Positions 38,806 to 52,367 are shown, counted from the first letter of the stretch. The stretch: DNA of 64,000 nucleotides from Octopus vulgaris (GCA_951406725.2 OX597821.1:33356001-33420000), one strand, 5' to 3'. Program-made: numbers and translations. The notes: generated by a model not told the origin, from the letters alone.

Positions 38806-40628
38806 TGCAATGCATATATAGACATATATATATATATACATACATATACACACATATATATATATACACACATATATATATATATACATACACATATACA
38901 CACACATATATATATATACACACACATACACATATACACACATATATACATATACATATATACATACATATACACATACATATACACCAACAAGTCAACA
39001 TCGACTTCTTCTGTCTCTAGCAAGTCGATCTGAATTGCGTTCCAACAAATTTTTCCACTGTCTAGGCTTAAAAAAGCCCTCAATGTTGGTTTCCTTGTCC
39101 TGTTTTTATTCTTTGTGTACTATTGCTTTTATGTCCTGTTCTTGTCACTTGTTTTCTTTCCTTGTTTTACCCCTCTGCAAAAGAATTTTATTTAATTCAT
39201 TTTGCAGGAAGTACTGCTTCGGCCGGATAGTGTTCTGCCCTTACCTTTGAAACACGCATTGAGTCGAAACAGGGGCAGCTGATGAAGGGGATTATTCCTT
39301 GTATTGTTTGTCTTTTACTCTGTTTTTTCGTTGTTAAAAAAAGTTTGTTTCCTTGTTTGTTTTTATGTTTTTGTTTCTCGTGTTCTACGTTTATTTGTGG
39401 TGTCCTGTACTCATATATATATATATGCATGTATATATACATATAGATGTAGGTATGTACATATATGTATGTATGTATGCATATGTTTTATTTGTTAAAT
39501 TGTTATTATACATATATATATACACATATGTATACACACATTTAGTTCGCCAGTCATCAGTCAAATCGCCCAACACTTGCAAGCATGGAAAGCAGACGTT
39601 AAACGATGATGACAACAGATAATAAAATGTTTTACACCTGGTAGCTTACTGGTAAAGCAGTCCTCTTCGTTTACCTTGTATATGTGTGTGTGTGTGTATG
39701 TATGTATAAGGTATGGGAGAGGCAGTTGGATATACCCAGGATGTTGCTTATGGTTCAGGGTAATGAGTAGAACGTTTTTGTCTAAAATAAAAGCACCATC
39801 CGTTCGTGTCCGTTGCCAGCATCGCCTGGCCACGTGCTGGTGACACGTAAAAGCACCATCCGTTCGTGGCCATTTGCCAGCTGTCTGGCACCTGTGCAGG
39901 TGGCACGTAAAAAGCACCCACTACACTCACGGAGTGGTTGGCGTTAGGAAGGGCATCCAGCCGTAGAAACACTGCCAGATCTGACTGGGCCTGACGAAGC
40001 CTTCCAGCTTCACAGACCCCAGTTGAACCGTCCAACCCATGCTAGCATGGAAAGCGGACGCTAAATGATGATGATGATGAGTAAGAACTGTTATATTTTA
40101 GTTTTGCAGGGAGTAGAATTAGAATCTTATTGAGCTAGATAGTTCTTAAGCTTTAATATTAGACAAGAATTTTATTTTTCATGAGAAACCACTAGCAGAA
40201 GGTGCTTAAATTTTTTTTAAATTCATTTATTCTCAATGAACATACACTTTCACTAAGACTACAAATTAAAAAAAAAATTTGTATTATTTGCATGTTTCTA
40301 GCACCATTATAACCAGGTGATCCTTAAATCTCCCCTCAACGTTAGTTGCATCACACTCACTGTTGTTGGGGCTTTAATTTAAGATGTGTATTCATCATCA
40401 TCACCTTTAATGTCTGTTGGCCATGCATTGTCTTTTATAACCTCTTTAATACCATCCTAACCCCCTCCCTCCCACTCTTAATATCTAAAGAGTCTGGATG
40501 ATGCCGACATCTAATACGTCTACCATTCTATCTTTCCTCTACTGAACCCTAATGCACTCGCTCCTCAAAAATGGAGCTAGTAACTTCAGTTATCGTTTGC
40601 CATGGCTTATCATCAAATCTCCACCTCC

Positions 40629-41180
<552 letters not shown>

Positions 41181-42170
41181 GGAGGTGCAATGGCCCAGTG
41201 GTTAGGGCAGCAGACTCGCGGTTTCGATTCCCAGGCCGGGCGTTGTGAGTGTTTATTGAGCGAAAACACCTAAAAGCTGCACGATGCTCCGGCAGGAGGT
41301 GGTGATCCCTGCTGTACTCTTTCTTCTGTTGGCCTGCACACTTAGCCAGCGGGGTGGCGTCATTCGAAAGCTAAAACAATGCGAACGCATTGTGACCAGC
41401 GATGTGTAACAACATCTGATGGTCTGGTCGGTCACGTGATATATATATATATATATGTGTGTGTGTATATATGTGTGTGAGTGTGTATATATGTGTGTGA
41501 GTGTGTATATATGTGTGTGAGTGTGTATATATGTGTGTGTGTATATATGTGTGTGTGTATATATGTGTGTGTGTGTATATATGTGTGTGTGTGTGTATAT
41601 ATGTGTGTGTGTGTATATATGTGTGTGTGTGTGTATATATGTGTATATATATATGTGTATATGTATGTATACATATATGGTCAGAATTTTTTTTTCTACC
41701 CTGAGACTCAATTTATCCAGTGTTTATTATTTGCTTCCATTACTGGTTGCATATTCTGGTGAGCTACATCTGCCAACATCGTGAAGGAACTCCGAGCCCC
41801 CAGAAACAGCTGTCAGACTTGTAATACCATACTCCTCTCTCCTTTAATTTTTAGTGTCATTTGTATTCTGTGAAAGTTTGTTCTGTTAATATATAAATAT
41901 ATTTATATACGAATATTCATTGTCTGAAAATTTTCAGTCTTTGCTTTCTCTCTATTTATATGTATACTTGCATATTTTTTTTAACATCAAACCCAAGCAG
42001 TTTTATTTATTTATTTGCATCATTGTTTCCATATCTACTCACCTGAATTCCTCTTATAGCCACTGTTTACTCATCAGACTTGGTTCCTCATAGACAAGTT
42101 CAAATCATTTGAGCACTACAAAGTGTTTTCTATATTGAGAACCTCTGGATCCCATCTGTTGGTTCTATAC

Positions 42171-42334
42171 CAGTGCTCCACAACGGTATGCCATGGCACA
42201 CTGGTGTGCCACAGTAAAACCTGAATATAATTTTTTCCTCCCATACTTTTAGTTATATTTCTAGTTCAGGTGTGCCACCGAATTTTGAAAAGAATATAAG
42301 TGTACCGCCTATGAAAATAGGTTGTGGAGTTCTG
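42171..42334. mobile_element. hAT (Charlie-like) MITE
   Basis: TIR CAGTGCTCCACAAC / GTTGTGGAGTTCTG. 8-bp TSD ttctatac/ctctatac. Confidence 0.75.
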
Positions 42335-42443
42335 CTCTATACATACATACATACACAAATACATGAAAAAGTGAAAACAATGTTTACAGTCTTGGAAATT
42401 TGCTATGTCAACATAAGAAAGTTTGTATGTTGACATACAATCA

Positions 42444-42449
42444 TTTATT
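42444..42449 (-). promoter_or_regulatory. Candidate NUP214 polyadenylation signal
   Basis: AATAAA on the minus strand about 525 nt after the stop codon, followed by T/GT-rich sequence. Confidence 0.45.
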
Positions 42450-42972
42450 TAAAAAAAAAAGTCTTTCAATTGTTCAGTCTGTTTTTAGCAAATTAAAAGA
42501 AAAAAAATATGTACAAAAAAATGGTAATGCAGAAACCGGTTCATAATGTTCTGTGTCCAATCCAATTCCTAGAAATAATAAATGGAGAGAAACCCATCTC
42601 TTTGTTCCGCATTGTTTTGTCATTTAACTCCGTTTCTTTACTCAACCTCATCCAACTGCCTATACAACACCAGAGCACAAACACTACCACCATCATTATC
42701 ATCATCATAAAGGTCTGTTTGAGAGAAGAAAAAAAGCGTTTTAATATAACAAAGCTAATTAGACACAGGAATTTAAATGTGACTGATGGAGGCTTTGGCT
42801 ATAGTTAGTGTACAACAGGTATGATAAATGGAGTGTGTGAGAGAGACATATATATGTATATTAATATATACATGTAAAAGAATGTGTTTGTCTGGAAGAA
42901 TTTTCTTTTGCCAAAGAACCAGCAAAATGGTGATAAACTAGTCTTTTAAATGGTTTCTTTGCTTCCAACCAT

Positions 42973-43006
42973 TCAGGATCGGTAATCAGTGAAAGAAGCA
43001 GAATGC
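42973..43006 (-). CDS. NUP214: NUP214-like terminal coding exon (GHSASFTDYRS*)
   Basis: Strong ttttttctttgcAG acceptor. Ends FTDYRS-TGA, comparable to the NUP214 C-terminus FGGWRS*. Confidence 0.82.
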
Positions 43007-44860
43007 CTGCAAAGAAAAAATAAAATAAGCAAAATTATATGGAAATTTAGCAAAGACCACAAATCATATCATAACCATGATCCTGCCTACCCCCAGACAG
43101 CTTACATACTGAATCACCACAGTCCATATTTTCAATGTAGCTCATCTTTTACTTGGACCAATATGGATTGGTGTTTACGCTGGGCACTAGCACAGATGCT
43201 CACAGTCCTTTTATCTGTAATAACTATGGCTAAGGGTAACTTTAAACTAAATAAGCAGAGGGAAAGAAGGGCAGGTCTCTCAATATTTTGGTATTATTAC
43301 TAATAAGTGTAGTATCAATTATGCGTGTAAATACACGTTACACACATCAACTGTGGTTACACAATGAACCAGACTGGTGACCATGGGAATTCCAAGACCT
43401 CTCTCATAATTTATTTGGACTGAAGATGGTGTTGAACCTGTAGTTGTTAGAAAAGTTGGTGTTAGTCAATGGATTCTTCTGCAAGTTCAAACATTTGCAG
43501 TGTCTTAATAGATTAAAACAGTTTCCTTTCCCAAATCACCCAACAAAGAACTAAAATTCACCACACTTCCTATCCTCTCTCATAGAAAGTTAGTGTAACA
43601 AATGATACTTAGCAATGAAAGTTAATAAAAACTGGTTGATTCTGGAGTACCCTACACTTTTGATTTTTATTTCCTACGTTTTTCTTTTATCATCATCATT
43701 TTGTGTCTGCTTTCCATGATGGCATGGGTTAGACAGTTTGATTGAAATTGGCAAGCTGGTTCCAATCTGTTTTGGCATGATTTCTATGGCTGGATGCCCT
43801 TCCTAATGCCAACCACTTCAAGAGTGTAACGGGTGCCTTTTGCGTGCCACTGGCATGGGTGCCAGCTACATGACACCGATATCGACCATGACTACAATTT
43901 CACTTGGCTTGGCAGGTTTCCTCAAGCATAGCATATCGCCAAAGGTCTTGGACACTTATCATTGCCTCTGTGAGGCCCAATGTTCAAAGGGTGCTTTTTA
44001 CGTGCCAGTTATATAACACCAGCACTGACCATGACAATGATTTCTAGACATTAATTACCCACTTGCAATCACCGCCAATAATACTAGCTTCAATGCAGAT
44101 GTTATACCCCTTCATTCCCCTCTAATCTTCACACCACACACAAGCCTTCTGTACATGCAATCTAAAATACCTCTCCCCTCAAACTTGCACTAATTTCATG
44201 ATTACAGACCCTCTAAGATTCTCCAATGAAATCATGCAAATCTTAATATAACATGTCCATCTTTGCCAGTTCAACAAGTAGTGTGGTGTAGTGTTGCATG
44301 CCTCTGCATGGCCACAGTTCAAATGCAAGAGCCAGTCAAAGAGTAAATTTACATGCAGATGTGAGAGAGAAAGAAAAAGATTTTATGAGTCTTACAAAAG
44401 AAGAATGGAAGAGATGATAGGTTATTGAAAATACTGGTTTCAAATTTTGGCACAAGGCCAGCCATTTCAGTGGAGTGTGTAAGTAGATGTTAATGATTCT
44501 GCCAGCTTGCTACCTTAATCTATTGAGAAATAGAAATATCAACCTAAATGCTTTTAAATCAGATCCCAATGCTGGATGTTCTTGAACTAAGTGAAGGGCA
44601 GTTTTTCAATCTCGGGATCATCCTGGTTCCAAAGAGGTATAATATGTCTATGTAAAGCAAATGTAGATTGAGATACAGGAGGGGTCCCAGACGGACAGAC
44701 AGAATTTCACTTTTTATTATTATAGATATTAAATCCAACCCATGCCAGCATGGAAAACGGACATTAAATGATGATGATGATAATAAGGATGATTAAAAAC
44801 TCAGCCTACAGCATCAGATTAGGTGTAGTGATTTAACTGAAAACAAATATGGTAACTTAC

Positions 44861-44885
44861 CCAAATGCTGGTGCAGAACCAAAAC
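44861..44885 (-). CDS. NUP214: NUP214-like 25-nt microexon (GFGSAPAFG)
   Basis: Long T tract and taAG acceptor, GG|GTAAGT donor. It bridges phase 1 to phase 2, as the last exon requires. Confidence 0.82.
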
Positions 44886-46281
44886 CTTAAAAACAAAAAA
44901 AATTGAAAAAAATTAGTGTTGAAAAAATAAAATGAAAATAAAGTAAAAGTGTGTGTGTGTGTAATATATTCGTAAATGATTCTAGAATAAACTCTTACTG
45001 TTTAACCATATTCTTTGAAGTATATTTTTTCATCTGTGTTTTTATTTATGCAGCTAATCAAGCTAGTGTATAACCTCGAGAAAGCAACTACTTAAGATTA
45101 AATACAAAGACACACACACACACACACACATGTGACGAGCTTCTTTCTGTTTCCATTGACCAAATCCACTCACAAGGCTTTGGTCAGCCTGAGGCAATAG
45201 TAGAAGACACATTTGCCCAAGGTTTCACACACTGGGACTGAACCCAGAACCTTGTGGTTAGGAAGCAAACTTCTTACCATGCAGACATGCTTGTGTAGTA
45301 AGTTTCTATTGCAGTTGGCGCATGGATGATACTAAATAGTATTTTCCTATGGTGGTAGTCATTTTTGGCAATGAATAAATAAATCTATAATTAAAGGCTT
45401 TTCGGGAACATAACCTTGTTTTCAAAAGTAGTATATTAACCCTTTAGTATTTAAACTGGCCATATCCAATGCAAATATTCTTCTCATTTTATGTTCAAAC
45501 TGGCCAGATCCAGCCTCTCATATCTATCCTACAATGTAAGAGGCAGGACTGAAATCTCAGAGATACAAGATAATGCAGGACTAATTCAAAACAATGTGAA
45601 CAGATAAGTATTACGTTAGAGTAATCTGAATGGTAATGGGTTAAGAAACACACTGTTCAATTTATCCTTGGGTGTGTGCATTTTTTTAAAAGGGGTGATT
45701 TAATTCTTTAGCATTTAAACCAGCTATATCTGGTCAAAATCTTCAACCTGCTTTATGTTCAAATCAAACTGGTCAAATCTGGCCTCTCACACTTACCCTA
45801 CAATGTCATTCTAAAAATAAACTACCACATCATCAAAACCTTAAAAGCAATGGGCAATTCAAAACAATGTGAATAAATAAGGAATACATTTAACAGATCA
45901 AATTGAATACTAAAAGGTTAAAGAACATTTGGGTACTACTTCAAGCAGGGTTGAGGGACAGCATCATTACTGTCCTCTATTACTTCCACTGCTACCAATC
46001 CTTTGCTCTTATGTGCGTTTCCCCACCATCACACTTATTGTCTTTATTCACCCTTATGGACATGCTTGCCTTGAACAAATGGAGACCACATAGAGTAGAG
46101 GCAACTTTTTCAGTCAGGCAAGGGACAAGGAAGACCTAGAGCTGGTGTCATCAGTTAATTACCCAGGGAGGAAACTACAAGCCTTAATCCTTTAGCATTT
46201 AAACAGGCCATACCCAGCCCAAATTTTCTACTTGTTTTGTCATTCAAACCAGCTAGATCCTAGCCTCTCACACCTGTCTAC

Positions 46282-46626
46282 AATAAGATAAGGGCTGGAA
46301 AGGAAATGCCTGACTGTGAAAATGTTTGAAAATCGATGGAAGAATGTAGCACGGATGTTGCGAGTGAATGTAACCTCATGAATGCGATGCAGGGCATATC
46401 TCAGGTATCAGTGGTGAGGCGGGGCTCGTGGGGTCCGAATTGAACCCGCCTTCTCACTCCATCCGTAACGTCTTCCGGACTGTCCTATCATTCGATTTAT
46501 TTATACTTTTGTGAATTTTTAATGTCATCTTTATGTTATATTCATCCGTCCATCTGACCCCAATCAGATTGTATTGGCCCTTATCTATGTTGTCCCCTTG
46601 TGGGAAATAAAAAAGAAAAACAAAAA
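46282..46626 (+). mobile_element. 5'-truncated non-LTR retrotransposon 3' end (L1/Tx1-like) with a 14-bp TSD
   Basis: Flanked by tcacacctgtctac at 46268-46281 and 46627-46640. A-rich tail and residual ERKCL..FENRWKNVARM peptide. Confidence 0.65.
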
Positions 46627-46784
46627 TCACACCTGTCTACTATGTTATTCTAAAAATAAACAATCACATCATTAAAATCGCTATGTTACAAGATAATGCA
46701 TGATTAGTTCAAAACAATGTGAATAAAAAGGCATATATTTGACAGAGTAATGTGAATGCAAATGGGTTAAACGGAAACTTTTAC

Positions 46785-46927
46785 CTCCACTACTTCCGCC
46801 TCCAAATGCAGAACCTGAAGCAAATCCACCGAAACCAGTATTCGGAGGGCTAGGTGCTTCATTGAAACCTTGGACTGGAGAAGTCTGTGCTAAACTGCCA
46901 AATGTCGGACTGCTGCTCTGTGCAAAA
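46785..46927 (-). CDS. NUP214: NUP214-like FG exon (143 nt)
   Basis: tattcAG acceptor, G|GTAAAA donor. Reads FAQSSSPTFGSLAQTSPVQGF...GFGGFASGSAFGGG (compare NUP214 PTFGSLSQQ). Confidence 0.88.
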
Positions 46928-47811
46928 CTGAATACACAAATAAATAAATGAATGAATTATACATGATTATAGAACAAAAATTTGTTTAATAGTGGTCTGG
47001 GTTAAGACAACGAGTTGATAGGAACAGTACTGCACCAGACTAAATGCTCTGTACAATATTTTGTATTGCTTTGTCAGAAGGAAGGGACAGTGCCCATAAC
47101 TTTTACAGTGCTTTCAAGGTTGATAAAATAAATATGACTGATAGTATTCAGCATATCTTATTTAACATGGTTACGATGTAGAAAGCCACAAAACTGCAAT
47201 GTTTATCTCGAGATAGTATCCATTATAGATGTAAAGTGTTAAAAAAAAAGCACAGAACCTCTTTAGCAGGTATGGATTTTGCAAAGAGGGTAGGAACAAC
47301 TCAACACCAAGCAACAGAAGCAATGTAAAATCTGATGAGCATTTTATTAACATTTAGGGCTGGGATCAGCTGCTCATAAAACCATCCTTACAATACACTA
47401 CCACTTGGAAGGGATTTATACACACACAAACAATCTGCAAAGTAGTTGATATTAAGAAGAGCATCCAGCTGTAGAAGCCATGCACGAAAGCAGAGAGAGC
47501 TTGGTGCAATCTTTCTTACTTGCCAGCTCTTGTCAAACCATTAACTTCTGCCAGAAAGGAAAGCAGACATTAAATAATGATGACAAACACACATCATCAT
47601 CGTTTAACGTCCGCTTTCCATGCAAGCATGGGTTGGACGATTTTGACTGAGGGCTGGCGAACCAGATGGTTGCACCAGGCTCCAATCTTGATTTGGCAGT
47701 GTTTCTACAGCTGGATGCCCTTCCTAACGCCAACCACTCCGAGAGTATAGTAGGTGCTTTTTATGTGCCACACTAATATATACAATGACATACATAAAGG
47801 TCTGTACTTAC

Positions 47812-48025
47812 TTAGCAAAACCTGGAGTGGCGTTAGGAGACTGCTGTCCAAAAACACCTGTTGAGCCACCGCTGAAGGAAGAATTAAATATCTGTGAAGC
47901 ACCGCTTCCAAAAGTACTGCCAGCAAATGAAGCACCTCCTCCAAAAGCAGGTTTACTTCCAAAAGCTGGAGCTCCACCAAAAGATGTTGATGAACTGAAG
48001 CTTGGAGATCCACCAAAGGCACTGG
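47812..48025 (-). CDS. NUP214: NUP214-like FG exon (214 nt)
   Basis: catttcAG acceptor, AA|GTAAGT donor. SAFGGSPSF...FGGAPAFGSKPAFGGGASF are the PAFG/PSFG repeats typical of the NUP214 C-terminus. Confidence 0.9.
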
Positions 48026-48733
48026 CTGAAATGATAAAGCACAAGTTACAAACAAATAACTCTTTTACTCGTTTCAGTCATTTGACTGCGGCCATGCTGA
48101 AGCACTGCCTTTAGTCGAGCAAATCGACCCCAGGACTTGTTCTTTGTAAGCCTAGTACTTATTCTATCGGTCTGTTTTGCCGAACCGCTAAGTTACAGGG
48201 ACGTAAACACACCAGCATCGGTTGTCAAGCAACGTTGGGGGGACAAACACAGATACACAAACATACACACACATGTACACACATATATATATATAAACAT
48301 ATATACGACGGGCTTCTTTCAGTTTCTGTCCGCCAAATCCATTCACAAGGCTTTGGTCGGCCCGAGGCTATAGTAGAAGACACTTGCCCAAAGTGCCACG
48401 CAGTGGGACTGAACCCAGAACCATGTGGTTGGTAAGCAAGCTACTTACCATATAGCCACTCCTAAGCCTAGTATGTCTCAAGTCTTGTGTGCATCAATGA
48501 AAAAATTTATTTCATTTCAAAGATCTAGGATTAAGTTTGATGATAAGGACCATGGTGATGGTGCTGTTACTGAAGATAAGAAAAATTGTTTTGAATATAA
48601 GATGCAAGGCCAGAAACTTTATGTGTGTGTATGGGGTGGGGTTAGACAATTAAAATGACACTAGTCTTGACTTATACTTTATTTTAGGAAGTATGAAAGG
48701 CAGATCTGACGAGTGAAATTTGAACTTGAAACT

Positions 48734-49370
48734 TATAGCTTGGAGAATTATAATAGGAGGGATTTAAGAACTGGGCCTTGATATGTTTCTTATTGCCCAC
48801 AAGGGGCTAAACATAAAGTGGACAAACAAGTATAGACAAAGGGATTAAGTCGATTACATCGACTCCAGTGCATAACTGGTACTTTATTTATCGACCCTGA
48901 AAGGCAAAGTCAACCTCAGCGGAATTTGAACTCGGAACGTAACGGCAGATGAAATACGGCTACGCATTTCAACATTGTATCACTTCTGCCACTTCACTAC
49001 CCTAGTGATGAGGATAATGCTCTACTGCTATTGATGATAATGGTAATGGCAGTGAAAAATTTAGCATGCAGATTGGCAGGTGGCTATCAAGGCGGCGAGC
49101 TGGCAGAAACATTAGCACGCCGGGCGAAATGCATAGCCGTATTTTGTCTGCCGTTACGTTCCGAGTTCAAATTCCGCCAAGGTAGACTTTGCTTTTCATC
49201 CTTTTGGGGTCGATAAATAAAGTACCAGTTATGCACTGGAGTTGGTGTAATTGACTTAATCCCTTTGTCTATACTTGTTTGTCCACTTTATGTTTAGCCC
49301 CTTTTGGGCAATAAGAAACATATCAAGGCCCAGTTTTTAAATCCCTCCTATTATAATTCTCCAAGCTATA
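48734..49370. repeat. Inverted duplication in a NUP214 intron (arms about 240 bp)
   Basis: 48734-48970 versus 49126-49370. It includes about 50 bp of non-SINE flank. Confidence 0.9.
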
Positions 49371-50907
49371 CCAAGGGACTTTAAGACTGACACTTGGTAC
49401 TTCAAGCAGTCTGCAGAAAAATTTAGAGAAGAAATTCCAGACATGGAAATAAAACCTGGATAATGGTGATAGTGTTAATGGTAATAACAAGAATTTCAAA
49501 TTCTGGCACAAGGTCAGCAATTTTGGAGGAGGGAGTAAGTAGATAACATCAACCCATATTCAACCAGTATATATTTCATAGACCCAGGAAAATCAAGCGG
49601 AACTGACTTCGGCTGAATTTGAACCAGAAATGCTATATCTGACTCGCTAACAATTCTGTCAGGTCATAGAAATACCATTGTTTTTATTGCTGTTTAACAC
49701 CAGGTCAGTACTTGTCGAGTAAACCTGTGACAGGTGTTATAATCATGACCATTCTGTATTTTTTTTAATACTTAGGACTACACTGGGCAATGCATTCCTC
49801 ATTAGTAAAGCTGTAATTGTTACCACTACAACCACCACCACCACTGAAGGTGGTCACAAGTTCTCTCCAGATTTGTTCTGCATTAAGGCAGTAGCTTGTC
49901 CTTAACCATTTAGTATGCAAATTATTCTGTCAAATGTAATGCTTATTTATTCATATTTTTAGAATTAATCATGCATTATCTTAAAGCCTTCTGATTTTTA
50001 TGCAATAACTGCTAGTTTTTAGAATGATACTATAGGGTAAGTAGGGAGGGGCAGATTTGGCCAGTATGAGTCAAAACAGGTAGAATGTTTTTGCTAGGTG
50101 TGGCCAGTTTAAATTCACTGATACTCTTGCAATAGACATGTGCCTTGCCTCGGGCCTTCAATTCCTTGTTTAGGGTCACAGAAGCACCATTATGACATAT
50201 GTCATGCCTTGGACAATTTTAGACTGGCAGTACCCATCCCTCTCCAGGTCTGATGACAACTGATTTCTTCCAAAACTGAGAAAGACAGACAGATACAGAC
50301 AGAATAAAAGAGTGAGAGAAAGAAGAGTTGACGCCAATTCGGGACTGATTATTTTATTGATCCTGAAAGCAAGAAAAAGCAAGGTTGACTTTTTTGAGAT
50401 TTGAACTCGGAGACAAGAGAGTCAGAACAACAACAGCTGCAAAGCAATCTGTCCGACAGTCTTAATAACTCAGCCAACTGGCCACCAAGTTTAAGCACAT
50501 CACTGGATAAACTGCCGTAAAACAGCCAGCTTGCACATGTGTATGCATACACTCACACACACCTGCTTTAGTTACTCTTACAAACATCACACATACACAA
50601 TGACTGACAAGTACCACATATATAACTCAAGCACTTTAACAAAGTGCATACACACACACACACTTAGGTTACTCTTACAAGCATTACGTTCACATTTTTC
50701 ACACAAATACATATACAGTCAGACATCTGTCATCTGAGCTATTTATCTATTTACATGAAAAGAAACCTTAAATCCAACCTCTAATCAAGCTACTGTGCAA
50801 CAAGGCATACACAAAGACAGACATGCATGCATGCATGCGTACACACACACACAGATGCACGTCTACCTTGCCACCAGCCTCACTCCTCATCCAGCTAAAA
50901 GATACCT

Positions 50908-51137
50908 ATTTCTTTTTTACCCACAAGGGGCTAAACACAGAGGGGACAAACAAGGACAGACATAGGTATTAAGTCGATTACATCGACCCCAGTGCGTAAC
51001 TGGTAGTTAATTTATCGACCCCCAAAGGATGAAAGGCAAAGTCGACCTCGGCGGAATTTGAACTCACAACGTAACGCAGACGAAATACCGCTAAGCATTT
51101 CGCCCAGCGTGCTAACGTTTCTGCCATCTCGCCGCCT
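50908..51137 (-). mobile_element. tRNA-derived SINE, family B, with Meta-like central domain (copies at 225, 461, 12580, 13990, 14620, 28087, 29406, 48787, 49091, 50330)
   Basis: Head GGCGGCGAG.TGGCAGAA, B box GAGTTCAAATT, central GCCTTTCATCCTTTCGGGGTCGATAAA..AGTACCAG and tail CCCCTTGTGGG..TAAAGAAA. Confidence 0.8.
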
Positions 51138-51206
51138 TAATCCAGCTAAAAGATTCCACTTTCTAATTCATCAACCCTTTATCAATGTCCAAATAAAACT
51201 ACTTGC

Positions 51207-51398
51207 CTTGCTGCTGCTGGGGTTGATTTGCCTGCTGCTGCTGCTGCTGCTGCTGCTGTTGGCTGAGACTAAAGCCAGAACTGGCCACGCTGCCGCCAGT
51301 GTTTGATGAACCAAAGCTAAAGGTGCTGCTCAGTTTAGGACTCGCCAAAGCGACGCTCTTGAAGCCTGATGTAGGCGACTGGGAACCAAACAGGTTAG
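51207..51398 (-). CDS. NUP214: NUP214-like FG/polyQ exon (192 nt, probable GC donor)
   Basis: cacacAG acceptor. Reads ANLFGSQSP...FSFGSSNTGGSVASSGFSLSQQQQQQQQQ and ends at AAG|GCAAGT, which gives the phase 1 required by the next exon. Confidence 0.85.
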
Positions 51399-51539
51399 CT
51401 GTGTGCAAATACAAAGATAAGAGCTTCAGTAACACCATTTCTCAATCACTCCAATAAATTTCACAAGACACACACACACAACTGATAACATTAAAATCTA
51501 AGCTATTGTATGCATAGATAATATAATATAATGAAATTA

Positions 51540-51960
51540 TTGTATACAGTGCTCAGGTGCACCACAACTTGTCAGAAAGTGCATATAAAGTACATGCAGT
51601 AATGTAAAAATGTCTGGAAAGCGAACAATGTATGAGTCAGATACATGCTTGTGTGTGTATGGAGGGAGAAAATCAAGTGTAGTGTTGGCGAATCTCAGGA
51701 AGCATGGAAGTTTTGAAGGATGCAGTGCTCCGACAACTAACAACTGATGCCGGCAGTTTGTTCCATGCTTCAGCAACTCTCAACGTGAAAAAATGTTTCC
51801 TGAAGTCATGGGAGCTGTGCTGTTTTCTTACTTTGTAAATATGTCCACGGGTGTTAGATGGGTGGAGTTTGAAAAGGTGCTCAGAGTTATTGTTTGTACG
51901 ATGGTTGATAATTTTATGGGTGTCTGCCAAGTCAGCTGCCAGACGTCGGAGATAACCCTT
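51540..51960 (-). mobile_element. CR1-clade LINE 3' end
   Basis: RRLAADL...TRGHIYKVRK...RKHFFTLRVAEAWNKLP. Confidence 0.8.
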
Positions 51961-52367
51961 TCTCTTGAAAGTCTTAGACTTGAGACACAATTCTCTAGAA
52001 TCAATGACCTGGATATCATAATCTTGAATGCCTATGAAGTGACCGATGTTCAATGACAACTCTTACTGGGTAAAAATGGAGGTTGTTTTTCGTGTAATGA
52101 CAGGGGCAACAAGATTACAATCTTTGCTACAGCAACAGAATATATCCTGGTGGTCATTCCTTTTTAGTTGTTTTTACTTTATTGCAGATGTGCTAAAAGG
52201 GAGTAGATTGAGTACATTCTGTTATGATGCATAGCGCATCATTATGTTGTAGAGCAATTGGGTCCCAAGTAAAACTAGAATGGTCCATGATGGACTCTAA
52301 TATACTGTTTGTACACTATTGTTGCCTTTCTGTTCACGAAACATGGTACCTGTGATTGTTCTAAGAA

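Noticed and set aside
39240-39305. GAAAC...GTC...CTGATGA arrangement resembling a type II hammerhead (related sequence at 37085-37130)
   Set aside because: No stem I pairing is possible between the putative cleavage triplet and CUGAUGA, and the second copy lacks GAAA.
41181-41240. tRNA-like sequences (also 18104, 21214, 63500-63570)
   Set aside because: They are SINE heads: no complete cloverleaf or acceptor stem, and they run into repeat bodies.
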